Below, in pieces: positions 47,606 to 52,637 of a stretch of 52,637 bases of DNA. The position numbers were made by a program, and so were the translations under genes. The DNA lies in contig JAZDHK010000036.1 of the NCBI GenBank assembly GCA_043806035.1, positions 1-52,637 of the forward strand. The letters are read 5' to 3'. The DNA is from an archaeon. GTDB lineage: Archaea > Nanobdellota > Nanobdellia > Woesearchaeales > UBA9642. The notes beneath the pieces are model-generated. The model worked only from the letters and a program-made list of their open reading frames with translations, ran no database searches and was not told the DNA's origin. Every line of letters begins with the position of its first letter. The stretch's first letter is position 1.

Positions 47606-47684
47606 GTAAAAAAACAAAAGATTTAACCACTTTTTAGTAAATAATTTAGTAAGTTTTAAATGTGCGATGTGCTTCTCAACAGGC

Positions 47685-48296
47685 ATGGATGTACACACCA
47701 CCTTTCCCTGGCAGCTTCTCGACGAGAAAAAAACAGCTTCTTTCACTATCGCGCACGATGGGCACAAGCCCGCACGCATAGAGCTCTCTTCTGCAGTGGA
47801 AGATGCCCAGAAAGGTTTGAAGCTCATCGTCCCACGCATAATTGCTGCGCAGTTCGAAGACAGGAATTTTCCCGAAGGAAAAGGACACCTTGCATATCAC
47901 GATTGGTTCAGGCAAGGCTATCCTGGAATCATGCTCACCGACTCAGCACACATCGTTTGGGGAATACGCACATTTCCCGATAGTGCAAAATACAAGGAGC
48001 AATATCACCGAGCAAACGTGCTGCACCTCACCCCACAAACGGGGTTCAGGGCAGACTATTGGTTCCAAAAAAACAATGAATTCCTGTTCGCCATTGCCGC
48101 AGAGTTCAATCCCCTGCGCCCAGAAACGAGCATCATGCCCATCCCCTTCATTAAAATCATGGACAACTTGGATGAGGAGACACTCGCAAAGCACGGACCT
48201 GTCAGTGAAGACATCATTTCCATCATCAGTGCATTACCTGACTGCCTCTCAAAACCACTGCTGCCGCTGCTGCAGTATGCAAAAGCAATCCATTAA
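47685..48296 (+). CDS. Hypothetical protein
   Basis: ORF after a TTTTAAA box; no motif recognised. Confidence 0.55.
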   Translation: MDVHTTFPWQLLDEKKTASFTIAHDGHKPARIELSSAVEDAQKGLKLIVPRIIAAQFEDRNFPEGKGHLAYHDWFRQGYPGIMLTDSAHIVWGIRTFPDSAKYKEQYHRANVLHLTPQTGFRADYWFQKNNEFLFAIAAEFNPLRPETSIMPIPFIKIMDNLDEETLAKHGPVSEDIISIISALPDCLSKPLLPLLQYAKAIH

Positions 48297-48416
48297 CGTT
48301 GTACTCATGCACCAACATCCTGCCGAAAAAACAAGAAGAATAATCACCACTATTTAGGGGATACAATACAAACGTTTATAAATCAAGCCACATTCGCAAA
48401 TACAAGTAAGGAACAG

Positions 48417-49250
48417 GTGAAACCAATGAATGATGATGAACAAATTAGAGAAGTGCTTGCCGCGCTCGGCTTGGGCGATACATTGCAACCAAAAGAAAAA
48501 ACGCCTCTCGAACTGACACGCGAAGCGATGCGTAGGCATGCCGCAAAAGAACTGGAAATCGTCTATCTCAAGACACTAGCTGATGTTGAGAACAAGTTGC
48601 AGTTCGGTTCTCCAAAGCACGCATTCATGACACTCTACACAGGAGTTTCTGACCTGATGTACACCATGTGGGATCCCATCAAGGACGTACTTGCATCACC
48701 TCTCGCAAAAGAATTGTTCGAAGAAAAATTCGGAAAAGACACATCTATCGAGACAGCACTGCGTGCAACAATGCTACGCAGTGATCCATTGTCCTACGCA
48801 AAAAAGAGCGAGGACTTCGATAAAGCAACGGCGTTTATAAAACGACAAGAGGCGTACGCTGAAGCACTCACCAAGCACAGTCAAGAGACAGGAATGACTC
48901 CTGACGCCATCCTCGCTTCCAAGGAAGAGACCGTGAAGATCATCCAGACCATATACGGTTCGTTGGACGAGTACGAGAAGCAGATCACGTCGCAATTCTC
49001 CAGCATCAGTGATACGGTGAGCAAGCTCGATGATCTCCAACGTATGCCTGTCGGTATGATGCTTTCCGCAATGGTCGAGTCGAGAACAAAAATAGAAATG
49101 GCACAGGCGAATATCGATCCCGCAGCAATAGGAAAGATCGTGGAATCGTATCTTGGGGATATTGCCATGTTCGGCAAGGCATTCATTGCAGAGAGTGTCC
49201 GCCACACGCTAGAGCAAATACAAGAATACAAAAAAATTGCAGAACAATAA
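48417..49250 (+). CDS. Hypothetical alpha-helical protein
   Basis: 277 aa ORF after a TTTATAAA box. Confidence 0.65.
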   Translation: MKPMNDDEQIREVLAALGLGDTLQPKEKTPLELTREAMRRHAAKELEIVYLKTLADVENKLQFGSPKHAFMTLYTGVSDLMYTMWDPIKDVLASPLAKELFEEKFGKDTSIETALRATMLRSDPLSYAKKSEDFDKATAFIKRQEAYAEALTKHSQETGMTPDAILASKEETVKIIQTIYGSLDEYEKQITSQFSSISDTVSKLDDLQRMPVGMMLSAMVESRTKIEMAQANIDPAAIGKIVESYLGDIAMFGKAFIAESVRHTLEQIQEYKKIAEQ

Positions 49251-49260
49251 AAAATAATTT

Positions 49261-49827
49261 TTAGTTTGCTTTTCTTCCCTTTGCACGATGGCTCGGGCGC
49301 ATCTTTTCTGCACCCAATCCCTTATTACGCAAGCCTCTGCTCTTTCGACCAGCACTGGTAATGCCTCTGAACGTCCTGCCCCTGCCCAGATTTCTGAGCT
49401 GATGATCTTTGGCAATGTTCGGATGCGCTCTGTCGATGAGAATGACCTCATACCAATCATGCATGCCATCCTTGCCAACGAAATAGCTGTTCAGCACGGT
49501 GCAGTTCGTGAATGATCGTTGTGCACGCTCCTCAGCAATCTGCTGATAGCTCTTCGCAACGATCTTTCGCTGCCGTGCATGTTTTGTTCTTCTTCCTCCT
49601 TTAATGTCCGGCCGGGTGTGCCCCCCTCTGATGACGCGCTGCCTGACGATGATGAATCCTTGCTTCGCCTTATAGCCGAGCGCCCGTGCCCTATCCAGCC
49701 TTGTCGGGAAGTCAATCCTGATAGTGACGGGTTCTGCACGCCATTGCGTGAGCCGCTTGCGGTGCACCTCTAAGAATTCTGGCGTTTGTTCGTTCCACGT
49801 GTCTCTGATTTTTTGGTAGAGTCCCAT
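49261..49827 (-). CDS. rpl15e: 50S ribosomal protein L15e
   Basis: PTRLDRARALGYKAKQG, VLNSY and RGITSAGRKSRGL motifs; GGAGG RBS before ATG 49827. Confidence 0.98.
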   Translation of the reverse strand: MGLYQKIRDTWNEQTPEFLEVHRKRLTQWRAEPVTIRIDFPTRLDRARALGYKAKQGFIIVRQRVIRGGHTRPDIKGGRRTKHARQRKIVAKSYQQIAEERAQRSFTNCTVLNSYFVGKDGMHDWYEVILIDRAHPNIAKDHQLRNLGRGRTFRGITSAGRKSRGLRNKGLGAEKMRPSHRAKGRKAN

Positions 49828-49922
49828 GCCGTTTGCCTCCATTGTTATAATTTAACGCACAGCGCGTTAACCGGTTCAGAGAAGCAACTCTCCACATCCC
49901 AACAGTGGAGACAAGAAGAGGT

Positions 49923-50405
49923 TTATAAAGGTTTGGGCGGACAGGTGCATGCAGTCAATTCGCGCGCTCTTCGCCTCACACGGGTTCTGTACGGGATTCC
50001 TTCATGCTTATCCGCAGCAATCAGCCGCTGAACTGCTTGTTGCACGGCAATGTAGGGCTCATCCTTTCTCGAAACGTGATACTCATGAGTCCTTGCATAC
50101 GTGACGAACGCATCGACCGTCTCAACCAAGGTCGGCAAGGCAGCTCTTGTCAGAAACAGCGTCGCAAAATCGTCCTCATCAACCGAGTTCATTTCTTGCT
50201 CGATGCACGCAAAATCTATCGTTCCATACCAGGTCTGCAATTTTTTTGTCGCCTCGTTCAGCTTGCTCACGTACTGCTCTCCCGTTTTGCCTGTTGTCGG
50301 AAAGTCAGCCCATAATTGGATTTTCATTGATATGACCGAGAGACAATTGATGTAGCCAGGGAAATCATAACGCTGCATCAATTCCACTTTCCTCTGGAGA
50401 TCCAT
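49923..50405 (-). CDS. Hypothetical protein
   Basis: Helical ORF; start uncertain (50405 or 50480). Confidence 0.5.
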   Translation of the reverse strand: MDLQRKVELMQRYDFPGYINCLSVISMKIQLWADFPTTGKTGEQYVSKLNEATKKLQTWYGTIDFACIEQEMNSVDEDDFATLFLTRAALPTLVETVDAFVTYARTHEYHVSRKDEPYIAVQQAVQRLIAADKHEGIPYRTRVRRRARELTACTCPPKPL

Positions 50406-50491
50406 GGTTGAGAGAAATGAGCCGTTGCTTAAAAGCATATCGTTGGCAAGAGATGTCCTGCCTTCGTTTGCCAAATGCATAACCCGATGTA

Positions 50492-50788
50492 TCAGATCCT
50501 ATTCAGGAAGTAGTTTAGTGATGGAAAGAAGAAAAAGAGTCCTTTGTGCTCGCTGCCCCAATAGAGGCGGGAATGGTGTTTTTCGAGCGCATGCATCGCC
50601 ATGTAGGGAACTGCCCTGCAGTCTGCCCCTACGTGGATGAAGAGCGTTCCCCGGTTCACGTGTTCCTTGCAGAGCAGACACGTTTCCACTGATCTGACTT
50701 TGTTGTCCTGACGATACGCCGTTGGCCGCTCCCCGTGATAGTCTCTGGGAAGCAAGGGTAGCGAATTGATGGCATCAAGCAAAGACAT
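50492..50788 (-). CDS. Small Cys/His-rich hypothetical protein
   Basis: CLLC and HALEKHH motifs; GAGGTGA RBS. Confidence 0.55.
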   Translation of the reverse strand: MSLLDAINSLPLLPRDYHGERPTAYRQDNKVRSVETCLLCKEHVNRGTLFIHVGADCRAVPYMAMHALEKHHSRLYWGSEHKGLFFFFPSLNYFLNRI

Positions 50789-50792
50789 CCAT

Positions 50793-51089
50793 TCACCTCA
50801 GTTGCTCTTCAAGAGGCAAAGGCAAGAACGATGGGCTTTTTCCTCGCACCTTGTCGACTTCTGCTTTCATGGCCAAATAGTATCTGCCGAAGATGGGAGC
50901 CATGCCTTCTTTCTCCTTGCCGAAACAATTGCAGAATTTTGCATAATCGGTGTACGAGAAAGCACGGGAAGTGACGTTGTCCAGGTGATACAGCAGTTCA
51001 TGCTTTGGGTTGAGCTCTTGCAGTGCCAAATATTCACGTAGCGCAAGAGCGATAGTCGCTTGCTGGATAGTATATGCGTTCGGTTCCAT
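50793..51089 (-). CDS. Hypothetical protein
   Basis: ATG ~25 nt after a TTTTATA box. Confidence 0.5.
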   Translation of the reverse strand: MEPNAYTIQQATIALALREYLALQELNPKHELLYHLDNVTSRAFSYTDYAKFCNCFGKEKEGMAPIFGRYYLAMKAEVDKVRGKSPSFLPLPLEEQLR

Positions 51090-51127
51090 GGCAAAGGGAA
51101 AGTAGCAGACGTATAAAAATATATGTG

Positions 51128-51889
51128 TCAAAAGCCGAAAAAGCGCAGTATTCGCCGAGGAAGGCTCTGATACTGGAGAAATGTCTGTGCAGCAATACTG
51201 TCCGGGCACGAATTTATCTCGATGGCGTACCATTGCGGTTTCTCAGGAGAGTGCAAGTACGGTTTGTGGTTTGCAGCGTGGGATGCGGATACGCCGTACT
51301 TGAAATCGAAGGAAATCACTTTTGATTTGAACTCAAGGTTGAAGCGTGCACGGCATTGTTCGGATAGCAGTGTATGGTAGCCTGGCGCGATGGTCTGGAC
51401 GATGTCGCGTAGTTCTGTAGGAATGGCCAGTGTACCTGGGTCTATATGCATTGCAGTCAGTGCTGTTTTTGCCTCCTCGGTGAGCGGACCATCCAGATAA
51501 GGAAAGAGTTTAATGTAACGTGCACCGAACTGCCGATAGACTATTTTCTTACGGTCAAATTTTGCATAGGAGAACACGATTCCTTTTTGTTTGTGGAAGA
51601 GTATCTTGAGATCGCAGGGAAGGGTGTCTGGTGTTTCTATTGCTTCTTGGACGACCCAATCGAGAGTTTCTGTTTTGCCCGTCTTCTCGAGTGTGTGTTC
51701 TGGTGAGTCGTCTATGTAATAGACGTGGCCGAGTTTGGTAGGGATGCCTCTCTTGTCGTTTAGTTTGCAGAATGCAGGAGTAAAAGGCAGGCGCTTCCCG
51801 ACACGTGGTCGCGTGTATGGCGTGGAGACGTTGTTGTCGAGAAAATAGTGGTACTCGCCCATGCGTGTCCAGCATTTGATGTCGTGCAT
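51128..51889 (-). CDS. Divergent ATP-grasp (RimK-like) protein
   Basis: WVVQEAI...DLKI, SFDF and YAIEINSCP match ATP-grasp QE.I / D.R / D / E.N..P motifs. Confidence 0.55.
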   Translation of the reverse strand: MHDIKCWTRMGEYHYFLDNNVSTPYTRPRVGKRLPFTPAFCKLNDKRGIPTKLGHVYYIDDSPEHTLEKTGKTETLDWVVQEAIETPDTLPCDLKILFHKQKGIVFSYAKFDRKKIVYRQFGARYIKLFPYLDGPLTEEAKTALTAMHIDPGTLAIPTELRDIVQTIAPGYHTLLSEQCRARFNLEFKSKVISFDFKYGVSASHAANHKPYLHSPEKPQWYAIEINSCPDSIAAQTFLQYQSLPRRILRFFGF

Positions 51890-51962
51890 GCACGTGAGAA
51901 AAACAACCAAGTTTATATATTTTACCACGTAATAGTAAATAAAATTATGAATAACAATTTTT

Positions 51963-52637
51963 GGCACTGTATTAAAATAGATACTTTAATATAGTAGTTC
52001 TTATATACTTCCACCTCGTAAGAGGTGATGTAGTATGGCTCGTACGCGTGCAAATAACAAGGCAGTTTGTCAAAATCCTGATTGTAGTTTTTATCGTCGA
52101 GAAACAGGAAAGGATATTGTAAAGCGAGGACAAAACACCGCCGGACACCAAAGATATTATTGCAATCATTGCAATAAATATCTCGTCGAGACAAAGGGCA
52201 CTCCACTCTATCAAAAGAAACTCAGCGAGAGAAAAATCAAGGCAATCTGCAAAGAACTTGTCGAGAAAAAAGGTGTTCGAGCAATTTCTCGAACACTTCA
52301 TGTGAACAAGAACACGATCTGCTCTCTGCTTTCCGACGTAGCAGATCATGCTCTGAGCATGACGAATTATCTCGTGCACGATTTAAGATTAGAGACGTAC
52401 GAAGTTGATGAAAAATGGCCGGTGGTTAAACAAAACAAAAAAAACATAAGTCAGAAACAGATGCGGTCCCTCGACCAAGCCAGACGGCAATTGCAACATG
52501 CGTGAAAAGAGAATCATTGTTCTTGGTAGAGTTTAGCGTCGGCTATTGGGACAAATATTTTCTGAGGCTCTTATTCAACAAGTTTGAAAATCACTTAAGG
52601 CAACCTGACTACAAACATAAATTGGTCATTTTCAGCG
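51963..52637 (+). mobile_element. IS1-family insertion sequence, 5' part (truncated by the window end)
   Basis: Candidate left end GGCACTGT at 51963; lower GC than flanks; InsA-like ORF followed by an open -1 frame. Confidence 0.85.
52035..52505 (+). CDS. insA: IS1-family transposase N-terminal ORF (zinc ribbon, HTH, first DDE Asp)
   Basis: CQNPDC...GHQRYYCNHC, GVRAISRTLHVNKNTI and EVDE.W motifs; A8C slippery site at 52437-52445. Confidence 0.85.
   Translation: MARTRANNKAVCQNPDCSFYRRETGKDIVKRGQNTAGHQRYYCNHCNKYLVETKGTPLYQKKLSERKIKAICKELVEKKGVRAISRTLHVNKNTICSLLSDVADHALSMTNYLVHDLRLETYEVDEKWPVVKQNKKNISQKQMRSLDQARRQLQHA

Noticed and set aside
47606-49250. Absence of rsmA/ksgA after rpl21e-rpoF-DUF655
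   Set aside because: Synteny breaks are common and the gene may lie elsewhere; this cannot be judged from one window
1-52637. CRISPR arrays, tRNAs, rRNAs, prophage or integrase genes
   Set aside because: No regularly spaced repeats, T-loop/cloverleaf signatures or viral hallmark motifs seen by eye; tRNAscan-SE and Infernal would be needed to exclude atypical RNAs

Overview
Gene-dense 52.6 kb chromosomal segment from an archaeon (rpl15e, rpl21e-rpoF-DUF655, lsm-rpl37e, cbf5, AlaX, TATA-box promoters, GGTGA-type RBS). The many orphan genes and large secreted proteins suggest a DPANN lineage such as Woesearchaeota; this is an inference. I found no rRNA, tRNA or CRISPR array. The best candidate for an undescribed system is the signalling island at 1.6-15.9 kb. 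It contains a translationally coupled operon (Lrp regulator, kinase-less CHASE-PAS sensor, CHASE4 histidine kinase with an apparently truncated sensor, stand-alone receiver, Walker-A-less KaiC/RecA-like protein). It also has a second CHASE4 kinase lacking the phosphoacceptor His, a duplicated receiver, and a ~1450 aa surface protein with an N-terminal winged-helix and a C-terminal cytoplasmic domain, preceded by palindromic operators. Other notable items are a FabH/KAS III with a duplicated N-terminal half near a double-hotdog thioesterase, a secreted NlpC/P60-like enzyme, a Cc1-like chromatin protein and a 7TM-M50 protease fusion. There is also a possible 132-nt structured ncRNA and an IS1-type transposase with a -1 frameshift, cut by the right edge. 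All family calls come from motif recognition by eye, not from database searches.
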